A stretch of DNA of 64,000 nt from Bacilli bacterium (GCA_036649855.1 JAVWAV010000003.1:10286-74285), one strand, 5' to 3'; counted from the first letter of the stretch, positions 28,901-35,836 are shown. Made by a program: numbers and translations. The notes: generated by a model not told the origin, from the sequence alone.

Positions 28901-28969
28901 TACAAATTCATATAGATTCTTTTTAATTAACCATGTCTTTAATAATTTAATATTTACTATTGTTGACAT
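25910..28969 (-). CDS. terminase large subunit interrupted by an intein
   Basis: Exteins carry ..IAPRHMK|..|STIMN (Walker A region), IIINDDLIS (Walker B) and C-terminal HDDITDAF (nuclease). The 337-aa insert has intein and LAGLIDADG blocks. Confidence 0.85.
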   Translation of the reverse strand: MSTIVNIKLLKTWLIKKNLYEFVKEMWDSYETSPFSDCWLIQYLCECYQYSIKHFLPQYIWGEWISDEEYEKIQKESGGHCDVRDHLLPDGTHTRNHDLNIAPRHMKLLANNTPILTRNGWKNHGDLVVGDEVISDGGRFVKVIKVHPKDVADLEVVFSNGETIKCNSKHLWKVHDNFANKVKTVETEYLVNKLRISPKMGNVRGNGYRFHLENRTAVLGEDKVLPVNPYVLGAWLGDGNTNHQLITAGIDDMEVINEVEKHYRIHNKWINDCGWGKSIQYEFDKIMRLDLQKLSLCFPKDKDTKHIPQEYLTASVEQRLDLLAGLIDTDGSLIKDEHRYFFITTSERLKDDILTLIASFGWKTSITIQKADGIISKKDGYYIGFNPTFEIPCRIPRKQLNIFSKQRRISITSINKLDIPEEGNCITVEGGMYLAGRTLIQTHNSTIMNILGPSWTIINTPVTVTSVSHSKNLSGEMIIKKQKLFNSEKYKYYFGNEINLGLSKNTADCLELRNGGKTYSVAMDKFTGFGSDIIINDDLISVADARMDGAVLLHARDYYKTTMPSRLNNKTTGVIWHIMQRIGNGDISDLIAEDKGLRLIYSHTEIQAVASHDQTFIYPCSGMVKQIKKGDLLWAERFGDYTQLKMEIGSEDFETQYNQNPGESRLNVIKENMIHYIEDKELEEFTALAEFHYASHDCPVKDKETSDYHGFTEAYSKDNELVITDAFEEHLGYVAEKELFTRMQIIDPSIIQVVEDKANGSALIQDLAKDVAGLVAFNPGTRSKMQRLELASVYMEKGLVRFARTDKVMYLIQQLKKFPLIAHDDITDAFAQLVIYHFTQRQLGVYTGAFSSQNIISSEEINKTNFLIYGATVSGEIIKVTEIMQDNFTDEFIVVGERVFRGIQAFEEFSRNEVLPGNTILDTSPQNRLSMLLTNVYNVIKYDERDRDVSINIMKTGLFKKKIKVSKECKQTINDIAKLRITEQSRERGVDQTNTLDEGMAGCLRCVVTYVKGYSQQWY
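27638..28648 (-). mobile_element. intein with LAGLIDADG homing endonuclease domain (class-3-like WCT pattern)
   Basis: Two LAGLIDADG motifs are present: LGAWLGDGN and LLAGLIDTDGS. The element ends ..LIQTHN|S. There is no Cys/Ser at position 1, but SKHLW, NCITV and QTHN are present. The N-junction is approximate. Confidence 0.75.
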
Positions 28970-28971
28970 AA

Positions 28972-29211
28972 TTATTTCTTTCCCTCCATCAATTCTCTAA
29001 AGGTAGATGCTAATTTCTTATATTCTTCACTTTCTTCCATATTCATACAAGTATTGAATTCTTTTCTCCCTTCCCACACTGTTACTATACTATTTTGTGA
29101 TAAATTTATTTCTTTTAATAAACAAATTCCATCACTTCTTCTATATTTACATCTTAAATCTGCACAATATACTTTTGTCATAATTCCTCCAATAAAAAAT
29201 ACTGTATACAA
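28972..29211 (-). CDS. hypothetical protein
   Basis: 79-aa ORF abutting the terminase start. Confidence 0.5.
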   Translation of the reverse strand: MYTVFFIGGIMTKVYCADLRCKYRRSDGICLLKEINLSQNSIVTVWEGRKEFNTCMNMEESEEYKKLASTFRELMEGKK

Positions 29212-29262
29212 CTATTATACAGTATTCTTTTAGAATTTTTGTTTAGATAAAGAAAAATTATA

Positions 29263-29448
29263 TTAGAATTCTAATTCTGGTTCTTTAGAATTATGTTTTT
29301 GAATACCTTTATATAATGTTCTTAATTTTAACAAGTCTTCAATTTTAGAAGAAATATAATCTCTTTCTGCCACTGAACATTCTTCTGATTGAAGTTGTTG
29401 TGCATAACTAGTTATTTTCTTCTCCACATCTTTAATAAATTCGTCCAC
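29263..29448 (-). CDS. hypothetical protein
   Basis: 61-aa ORF, GTG start with an AAGGAG RBS. Confidence 0.45.
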   Translation of the reverse strand: MDEFIKDVEKKITSYAQQLQSEECSVAERDYISSKIEDLLKLRTLYKGIQKHNSKEPELEF

Positions 29449-29602
29449 TACTAAATATCTCCTTTATTAGATTTTATTATGGAAGATGTCCATGTTGATT
29501 TGTCACTGCAGAATTATTTCATCTTTCAATACCTTTAGTATACTCTATTCTTTTTCAAAAAGCAACTGATTTTACCTATTTTCGTAATTTATTTTTAATA
29601 AA

Positions 29603-29628
29603 TTAAAAAGATGGAGTTTTCCATCTTT
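29603..29628 (-). terminator. rho-independent terminator
   Basis: 9-bp stem AAAGATGGA/TCCATCTTT followed by a T-run on the minus strand, beginning at the stop of the 29627-29953 ORF. Confidence 0.6.
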
Positions 29629-29953
29629 ATTTCTTTTTATTTGGACAAATATATTCAGAAAGTTGTAAATATATGGAGTGAACAAGTATGCTATACTTTG
29701 CTGTAAATTCACATAAATCTTCTTCTGTATAGACTGTTTTTAATTCTACCTGAGTGTCATACAAAATTGCATGTGTTAATTCATGAAGAAGTATTCTAGT
29801 TCTATCTTTCATAGAAGTGTCTGAATAAATATAAATACATGACTCTTTGTAATGTATTGCACCCTTACAGAATTTCCCATCTACAATTAGATCTTCTTTA
29901 TTATCTGTTAAAGTTACTTTCCACAAATTGTCATATATTCTAAATTCTTTCAT
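29627..29953 (-). CDS. small zinc metallopeptidase-like protein (HExxH)
   Basis: LLHELTHAILYD motif in a 108-aa protein. Confidence 0.5.
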   Translation of the reverse strand: MKEFRIYDNLWKVTLTDNKEDLIVDGKFCKGAIHYKESCIYIYSDTSMKDRTRILLHELTHAILYDTQVELKTVYTEEDLCEFTAKYSILVHSIYLQLSEYICPNKKK

Positions 29954-30552
29954 TAAAAGAACCTCTTAATTGCATCTAGAATATCAATAACAGTTTTCTT
30001 AGAATTTTGCTCCACAATATTGTGTATTTCTTCTGCTAATTCTGGTTTAACTTCAAATTCTTTACAATTATTATCTGAGTTTACCAATTCAATATTATCT
30101 TCTAATTCTGTAACTGCTTCTTCTACTATTGGTTCTTCTATGATAGGATCACTTTTATGTGCTTCAAAATATTCATCAATAACTGTTTTTATTTCAGGTT
30201 CTTCAATGAATTCTTCTTTAACTTCATCAATAACAGGAATATCTTCCACGGATTCTTCTACTGTGTTCTCAATTACAGGTTCTAGTGAACCATCTTCTTC
30301 AAGTGCTTTCTCTATACCATTATCAATAAATGTTGGTTCTTCTTCAACAGTTTCTTTAACATCTTCAGTATGAATGTCTTCTTTAACTTCCAAATTTATA
30401 GGTTCTGATACTACAACATCTTCAGTAGTATTTTCTATAATGTCTTCAGAAGGTTTATTTTCTACTACATTTTCGACCTCTACTGCTTTCTCTGCAATAT
30501 CCTCTGGTAATTTATTTTCTTCAATCTTTTTGAAAAATACATTTTTTAACAT
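29953..30552 (-). CDS. highly acidic repetitive protein
   Basis: 199 aa dominated by E/D/V/I with repeated (V/I)EEP and EDI(P/H) units. Confidence 0.6.
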   Translation of the reverse strand: MLKNVFFKKIEENKLPEDIAEKAVEVENVVENKPSEDIIENTTEDVVVSEPINLEVKEDIHTEDVKETVEEEPTFIDNGIEKALEEDGSLEPVIENTVEESVEDIPVIDEVKEEFIEEPEIKTVIDEYFEAHKSDPIIEEPIVEEAVTELEDNIELVNSDNNCKEFEVKPELAEEIHNIVEQNSKKTVIDILDAIKRFF

Positions 30553-30575
30553 AATTCTAAATCTCCTTTATGCAT

Positions 30576-30612
30576 CTAATTAGTATAACTTTACTTTAAT
30601 TTCAATATTGTC
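30576..30612 (-). promoter_or_regulatory. candidate phage promoter (motif copy 3)
   Basis: The minus strand reads GACAAT-N16-AGTTATACTAATTAG upstream of AAGGAG and ATG at 30552. Confidence 0.45.
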
Positions 30613-30613
30613 T

Positions 30614-30802
30614 TTATACTATATCGAATAATCTCACCAATCTCTCTTGTCTGTGTATATTACCTATTTTAATTATGTTAATTATATTATCTAATTTATT
30701 CTTAGTAATATACTCACCATTTTCTGTCATAAATTCTTTACTATTTACATTCAAATAATATTTATTTTCTTTATCATCATATAATACATCTAATAATTCC
30801 AT
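30614..30802 (-). CDS. hypothetical protein
   Basis: 62-aa ORF. Confidence 0.45.
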   Translation of the reverse strand: MELLDVLYDDKENKYYLNVNSKEFMTENGEYITKNKLDNIINIIKIGNIHRQERLVRLFDIV

Positions 30803-30847
30803 GTTTTCTTCTCCTTACAAAATAAAATTCCCACAATGTGAGAATAT

Positions 30848-31204
30848 TGGTGGACATGACGAGAGTCGAACTCGTGTCCATATCATGAATTTATTAGAAT
30901 ATTTTGCTACTATAATCTTTTAGACCGTCCATTTATGATGTTTGAGTGGACATTTCTTATTTACCTCGTCTCATCATAATTCGTTTTTAACTCTTGAATT
31001 ATAGAGTCTCTGATTTCTCAGAATAGTGCTTTATTTTAATCCTCAAATACTAAGCAGCACATTGACTGTATTGTTTTGGAGCAAGAGCATTAATTATTCT
31101 TGCAAATATATTTTGTTTTGCATTTATATTTAGTTGTAGTCTATTCCTACTGTCATATAGAATTCTAATAATTTCAATTGAAATGTCGATACCATTTCAT
31201 GCCC
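30848..31204 (-). ncRNA. ssrA: transfer-messenger RNA (tmRNA)
   Basis: The 5' GGGCATG pairs with the 3' CATGTCC-A-CCA, including G3:U70. GGTATCGAC matches the tmRNA GGAUUCGAC box. The 3' end reads GGAC-ACGAG-TTCGACT-CTCGT. A ~13-bp P2-like helix joins GAAATTATTAGAAT and ATTCTAATAAATTC. An internal frame ends ..GCT GCT TAG. Confidence 0.75.
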
Positions 31205-31371
31205 ATAGATATATTCTTTTGCTGTCAGGTAAATATATTGAGCGAGCATTACGCAACCTGCTGGTATAGTGTGTCTCAGTGATTTGTTCAGGATCATAGA
31301 CTACAAAACACACTTATTAGTGTTAGGCAGTGTTTTGTATGATAGCGACACTACTCTACTATCAACACTAT

Positions 31372-31446
31372 TGGTGGAACGATAGAGATTCGAACTCTAA
31401 CTTCTTGGATGCAAACCAAGTGTGCTACCATTGACACCATCACCCC
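31372..31446 (-). tRNA. tRNA-Ala (anticodon UGC)
   Basis: Full cloverleaf with encoded CCA. Anticodon loop TTTGCAT, T-loop TTCGAAT. The acceptor stem has the G3:U70 Ala identity pair plus G4:U69 and U5:G68. Confidence 0.85.
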
Positions 31447-31680
31447 AAAATGCAAAGATGGTAGGAATTTAACCTCCTCAACCACTCCGAAAGTGCATCT
31501 TTGCATCCTGTTTCTTCTTGAAACATAGTCACCTAAGTTATATATCTTAGTATTCAAGTCCTGCGAACTAATCTCCACTGCCTGTTCCGTGGACGAACTG
31601 CTTACATTTTTCGACTCATGAGGTCGCTATTCAATAGAATTAAGCAGTCAAGTTGTTTTAAATCTACTTGCCAAAGACCA

Positions 31681-31755
31681 TGGTTGCGAGAGATGGATTT
31701 GAACCATCGATCTCTAGGTTATGAACCTAGCGAGATTCCACTTCTCTATCTCGCG
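31681..31755 (-). tRNA. tRNA-Met (anticodon CAU), initiator-like
   Basis: Full cloverleaf with encoded CCA. Anticodon loop TTCATAA. The C1:A72 mismatch is typical of bacterial initiator tRNA. Confidence 0.85.
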
Positions 31756-31927
31756 ATAAAAACATAACATGAATATTTTCAGTGGATCATTGTTATGTTG
31801 CTCAGATATTCCACATTCTCTGCCGTCACCTAGAACGGATCATTATTTGTTGACATCAATCTGAACCATAGCCCTGAATAAAGGAGTTATTTCAGATGCC
31901 CTTCTTTTAGTCAACTTTATTATATTC

Positions 31928-31997
31928 TGCAGTATTGCGGACTTGAACCACACAAGCGAGATTTGGAAATTTCTCTTGCTCTCCTATTTAATACTGC
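31928..31997 (-). ncRNA. non-canonical tRNA-like element (no D-arm, oversized anticodon-arm loop)
   Basis: It has a perfect 7-bp acceptor stem (GCAGTAT/ATACTGC) and a good T-arm (TGTGG-TTCAAGT-CCGCA). The remainder folds only as an 8-bp bulged stem with the 10-nt loop AATTTCCAAA. Confidence 0.3.
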
Positions 31998-32510
31998 ATA
32001 TTGCGGGAGATACATTTTACCAAGTATCCCAAGTCAATTATAACATCATATCTTCAACCACGCAGAATTATTGATCAAATAATTCTATTTTATCGAGAAG
32101 AATCTTTCGTCTTCTATGTTCGAGACTGACTGGTATAAATATCAGAATTATTATTCTGTCTGTTTAAAGAATGCAGATTTGTCCCAAACAACTAATAACC
32201 AAAGTCTTATATTCTCTCACGAGAAATCAACTGCATTAGGATAGCAACTATAGGATTATTCTTCCGTTGAGATAGAGTTCCTATTATCCCGACTCGTTAT
32301 TATGTTTTTATGAAATTATAATTAAGTTCTACCACTATCTTGTTTGTTCTCATCAAAACTCAACAGATATTTCAATCTCCAAGATAATGTGCCTTTCTGC
32401 CGTCAAGCAGGATTCAGCCACCGCATTTGTTTATAAGTTCTTTCGTTCTTATGTGTTAGTATAATGTATTTACTTGCTTCCTCAATTAATATTACTAATT
32501 TTGATTAATA

Positions 32511-33389
32511 TTATTGTCTTATAATGTGTATCGCATCCACTAATAGAGTGTGTATTGGTTTTGATAAATCAGTTGAAATATACTTCTTATTGTCATCTGG
32601 AAATACAGTAAATGATATATGCTCCTTAGATAAAACTGCTCCCAAGAAATTTGCTCCACCACTTATACCTACTGGATATCCTGCTTTATTTAATTTCTGT
32701 GTCATTGCTATAGCATCTTCATCTGTTACTTCTATTATACAATCCACTAATTTTGAATTATAGTTCTTTGGAACATCATTACTATTTAATCCTTGTATTT
32801 TATGATTACCTTTTGGAACACCATTTGTTAATAAAAGTGTTGAATATGGATCTATTGCAGTTATTACTGCACTATATTTTTCTTTTAATCTTGTTCCCAC
32901 TCCTGTGAGTGTTCCACCACTACCTACACCTGATGCAAATCCAAATATTTTATCATCAATTGAATTTTCATCAATAAATTTACATATTTCTTCTGCTGTT
33001 CCATAATAATGTGCAGCAACATTTGATTTATTTTCAAATTGTTTTGTTAAAAATGCATTATGTTCTCTTGCATATTCTTCTGATATCTTAAATGCTTCAT
33101 TAAAATCTTCTACAAGAATTAAATTCGCTCCAAGTAATTCCAATAGTTTTATTCTTTCTGAACTCATGTTCTTTGGCATGAATATTGTAACTTTATGTCC
33201 AAAATGTTTCCCAACTGCTGCAAGAGATAATCCCATATTCCCACTAGTCACTTCAACTATCTCTTGTTCTTTTAATAACTTATTAGATAAAAATGCATTT
33301 GCGATCATTCTATATGCAACTCTGTCTTTTATACTTCCTGATAAATTATACCATTCGCATTTTGAATACACTACACAATCTCTGTTCAA
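32511..33389 (-). CDS. cysK: cysteine synthase / O-acetylserine sulfhydrylase-like PLP enzyme (main frame; N-terminus lies in another frame)
   Basis: SGSIKDR (PLP lysine), TSGNMGLSLA and GVGSGGTLTG motifs. Confidence 0.8.
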   Translation of the reverse strand: MNRDCVVYSKCEWYNLSGSIKDRVAYRMIANAFLSNKLLKEQEIVEVTSGNMGLSLAAVGKHFGHKVTIFMPKNMSSERIKLLELLGANLILVEDFNEAFKISEEYAREHNAFLTKQFENKSNVAAHYYGTAEEICKFIDENSIDDKIFGFASGVGSGGTLTGVGTRLKEKYSAVITAIDPYSTLLLTNGVPKGNHKIQGLNSNDVPKNYNSKLVDCIIEVTDEDAIAMTQKLNKAGYPVGISGGANFLGAVLSKEHISFTVFPDDNKKYISTDLSKPIHTLLVDAIHIIRQ

Positions 33390-33397
33390 CTTTCCCT

Positions 33398-33520
33398 CTA
33401 ATTTTTTATGACACTTGCAGTCCTTTCACTATTATGTTGAACAATACTTTCTTTGAATGTATCCACTACAGTGTAATGTATTTCTGCCATAGGAGTATTT
33501 CCAATTAAGTTTGTTATCAT
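33398..33520 (-). other. frame-shifted N-terminal segment of the cysK-like gene
   Basis: ATG at 33520 gives MITNLIGNTPMAE..., the canonical CysK LIGNTP start. It stops at a TAG just after an A6 run (33402-33407). The main frame is -1 relative to it. Confidence 0.65.
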
Positions 33521-33726
33521 ATTTTTAACTCCTCAATTCTAACTTTATTTATTAAATATTTTAGTGTATCTAATTTATCTAATTTCTGTTCTCGCATTGT
33601 TTTACTTATGAGATTTCTTAATTTATCTTCCTTGATAAAATCATAGACTCCTCTTTCAAGTCTCTTTTTATTTATTAAAGACTCTAAAACTTCTCTCTCA
33701 TAATCTACGAACCATTGTTGTGCCAT
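33517..33726 (-). CDS. hypothetical protein
   Basis: 69-aa ORF with an ATGA stop/start overlap with the next gene. Confidence 0.5.
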   Translation of the reverse strand: MAQQWFVDYEREVLESLINKKRLERGVYDFIKEDKLRNLISKTMREQKLDKLDTLKYLINKVRIEELKI

Positions 33727-33728
33727 AT

Positions 33729-34010
33729 TTACCTCTGCATCAATCTGTGTAACAACTCTCTTCTTCTTGCTACATACTTATCTCTAATGTTTTGTATGTC
33801 CTCTTCAGTTAGTTTTTTATTATTAAAAATTACATTTGAAAATAACTCTATGTCTTCTATATCTAATTTTGTATCTTCATATCTCTTTAATATATCTATT
33901 GATTTACCATAATATGTAGGAGTTCTTCCTGGTTTTACTGAAATGTATTTCTTTCCTCGCACAATGAACACTTTTTCATTATTAATTCTAGTTTTATGCT
34001 TTACGATCAT
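33729..34010 (-). CDS. hypothetical protein
   Basis: 93-aa basic ORF. Confidence 0.5.
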   Translation of the reverse strand: MIVKHKTRINNEKVFIVRGKKYISVKPGRTPTYYGKSIDILKRYEDTKLDIEDIELFSNVIFNNKKLTEEDIQNIRDKYVARRRELLHRLMQR

Positions 34011-34173
34011 ATTTCTTATATACTCTCAAAGTTATAATAACATCAACTTGAAAGTCTCCTTCTAATTTTAATTTTTTACATAATTTTCTTGTAATCTTTT
34101 GTGCTCGCCAATTTAATATTTTATCTGTTATAATTAATGAATTTGTCTTAGCATTATATTTCAAATCATTCAT
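33994..34173 (-). CDS. hypothetical small protein (59 aa, below the ORF-track cutoff)
   Basis: ATG at 34173 directly after the upstream stop (MNDLKYNAKTNSLIITDK...); fills the 34011-34174 gap. Confidence 0.45.
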   Translation of the reverse strand: MNDLKYNAKTNSLIITDKILNWRAQKITRKLCKKLKLEGDFQVDVIITLRVYKKYDRKA

Positions 34174-34174
34174 A

Positions 34175-34465
34175 CTATTCTATACCCTGAACTTCACATT
34201 CTTCTATGAGAACTCTGAGTTCTTCTTCATCTATTAAAAGAAACACATAGTAGTTATCTTCAATTCTATATGCTTTAAATGAAACAAATTCTGTCTCTGA
34301 TAACAGTCTGACCATTCCTTCATCACTTGTCCAAACAACTGTAGAATTATTATCAGAAATTATAGTGTCGTCTTCATATTTGGATTCAAAGAAATCCTGC
34401 AAACTACATCCCGAAAAACATCCCACTACAATAATTAATAAAAATGCTATAATAAATTTTTTCAT
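34175..34465 (-). CDS. lipoprotein
   Basis: Signal peptide with a lipobox-like segment: MKKFIIAFLLIIVVGCFSGCS. Confidence 0.6.
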   Translation of the reverse strand: MKKFIIAFLLIIVVGCFSGCSLQDFFESKYEDDTIISDNNSTVVWTSDEGMVRLLSETEFVSFKAYRIEDNYYVFLLIDEEELRVLIEECEVQGIE

Positions 34466-34468
34466 CTT

Positions 34469-34699
34469 TTATACCTCCGTAAATCTCTTTGTTCCTTTTT
34501 CATCTATAATTTCATTCCACATGCTGTAAGGTCTCACCCATATTCTACCATCAACTAATCCTTTGTATACAACACTTAATTCTTCTGTCTCTGTATTATT
34601 TGCAATACAAACAACTTTGTATAAATTTCCCTTAAAATGTCTATATATGTGATCTTTCATAGAATTATTCATAGTTTGAACCAACTCATCTTCAATCAT
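34469..34699 (-). CDS. DUF1653-like protein
   Basis: YRHFKGNLYKV...VVYKGL..GRIWVRPYSMWNE matches the DUF1653 signature. Confidence 0.6.
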   Translation of the reverse strand: MIEDELVQTMNNSMKDHIYRHFKGNLYKVVCIANNTETEELSVVYKGLVDGRIWVRPYSMWNEIIDEKGTKRFTEV

Positions 34700-34709
34700 A
34701 ACTTTCTCC

Positions 34710-35078
34710 CTACTTGTTCTCTGTATACTCCAAGTCTCCTAAATTTTGACAGCACATAATATCGTCTGCTCTGAATGCTATTTCAGAAAATGGAAATTTC
34801 AAGTCAAATTCTTTATTCATGTTTACTGCTCGTGCAGTTACAAGAACCCATTTATCATATTTAACATCTTCTTTATGTTCTATACCTAATACAAAATTAA
34901 AGAATGCTTCTGGTTCTTTATCAATTATAACTATAAATGGTCCTAATTCTTTTACACTAATCCCTATCTGGATTACTTTTCCACTTTTCTTAACTCTGAA
35001 ATCTAAATCTGTTGTTAACATATTACTCTCCAAATAATGTTGTCTTATATTTTGGTTCTTCAATGTATCCATCTGCAA
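34710..35078 (-). CDS. hypothetical protein
   Basis: 122-aa ORF. Confidence 0.5.
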   Translation of the reverse strand: MQMDTLKNQNIRQHYLESNMLTTDLDFRVKKSGKVIQIGISVKELGPFIVIIDKEPEAFFNFVLGIEHKEDVKYDKWVLVTARAVNMNKEFDLKFPFSEIAFRADDIMCCQNLGDLEYTENK

Positions 35079-35781
35079 ATTTTACTGTTCTATAATTTAC
35101 TTTGAATGCTCCATTTCTATTTTTACTAAATTTTCCTAATCCTAGTCTCTGATACATCCCATAATATCTACGAATACTCTTTTCACCTAATCTTGCAACT
35201 CTGTATATTTCTGGATATCCTGCATTCTCTCTTGCTAAATTCATCATTATTTCTATTGAATCTGCAGAATGGACTAATTTTAAGTCTCCTTTATTTTTAC
35301 CTGTCTTCTTTGCAGTTTCTCTGTATTCGTCTAATTTAGCAACTATTTCGTTTATGTTAGAGACTTTTACAGGAATATACTGAATGCCCTGCAAATGCTC
35401 TGTGATGCCCTTAAATCCTAGTTCTTTCTCCCCTTTCTCCATTCTGTTTACTAATTTACTTTGTTCGAAATCTAGAAACATTGCATTTACATTATTTTCT
35501 ACTTTTGCTTCTACTTCTGGTTTTACCTTTCCATAAGGTAATCTATGTTTTTTACAAATTGCTTTAAGTAAACTTATAAAATCTGGTTGATTATACACTG
35601 CTTCAAAATTAAATACATCACAACTTAATGCAGACTCTACATCTATACTTAATTTTTTGTATTTAGGAACAATCATATCTTCTAAAAACGATTTAGTCAT
35701 TCCTTTTTCTTCCCATAGTGGTAAATGTGACTTTATATATTTAACACTTTCCCACGCATTTGATTTATTTTTACCTGTCAT
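35023..35781 (-). CDS. hypothetical protein
   Basis: 252-aa ORF; possible C-terminal HTH. Confidence 0.55.
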   Translation of the reverse strand: MTGKNKSNAWESVKYIKSHLPLWEEKGMTKSFLEDMIVPKYKKLSIDVESALSCDVFNFEAVYNQPDFISLLKAICKKHRLPYGKVKPEVEAKVENNVNAMFLDFEQSKLVNRMEKGEKELGFKGITEHLQGIQYIPVKVSNINEIVAKLDEYRETAKKTGKNKGDLKLVHSADSIEIMMNLARENAGYPEIYRVARLGEKSIRRYYGMYQRLGLGKFSKNRNGAFKVNYRTVKFADGYIEEPKYKTTLFGE

Positions 35782-35836
35782 CTTACTTTTCTCCTTATTT
35801 AATTATAATGAAAAATTGAGAAAACTCATTTGCGAA

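Noticed and set aside
30848-31204. A T-arm/acceptor fragment at 30848-30880, first read as a 3' tRNA remnant (attP-like) or as a tRNA split by a ~280-nt group I intron.
   Set aside because: No D-arm or anticodon arm could be built from the flanks, and no group I core was evident. The distant 5' partner with G3:U70, the GGTATCGAC box, the long P2 helix and the ..AA-stop frame fit a tmRNA much better.
31351-31578. A 75-aa minus-strand ORF in the RNA island.
   Set aside because: It overlaps the complete tRNA-Ala gene (31372-31446) and structured RNA hairpins. It has no RBS, so it was treated as spurious.
32063-32086. A near-palindrome AGAATTATT-TGATC-AATAATTCT containing GATC, considered as an operator or origin element.
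   Set aside because: It is a single copy, with no adjacent DNA-binding gene or iterons. Such hairpins are common in AT-rich DNA. It is kept only as part of the unexplained ORF-free region.
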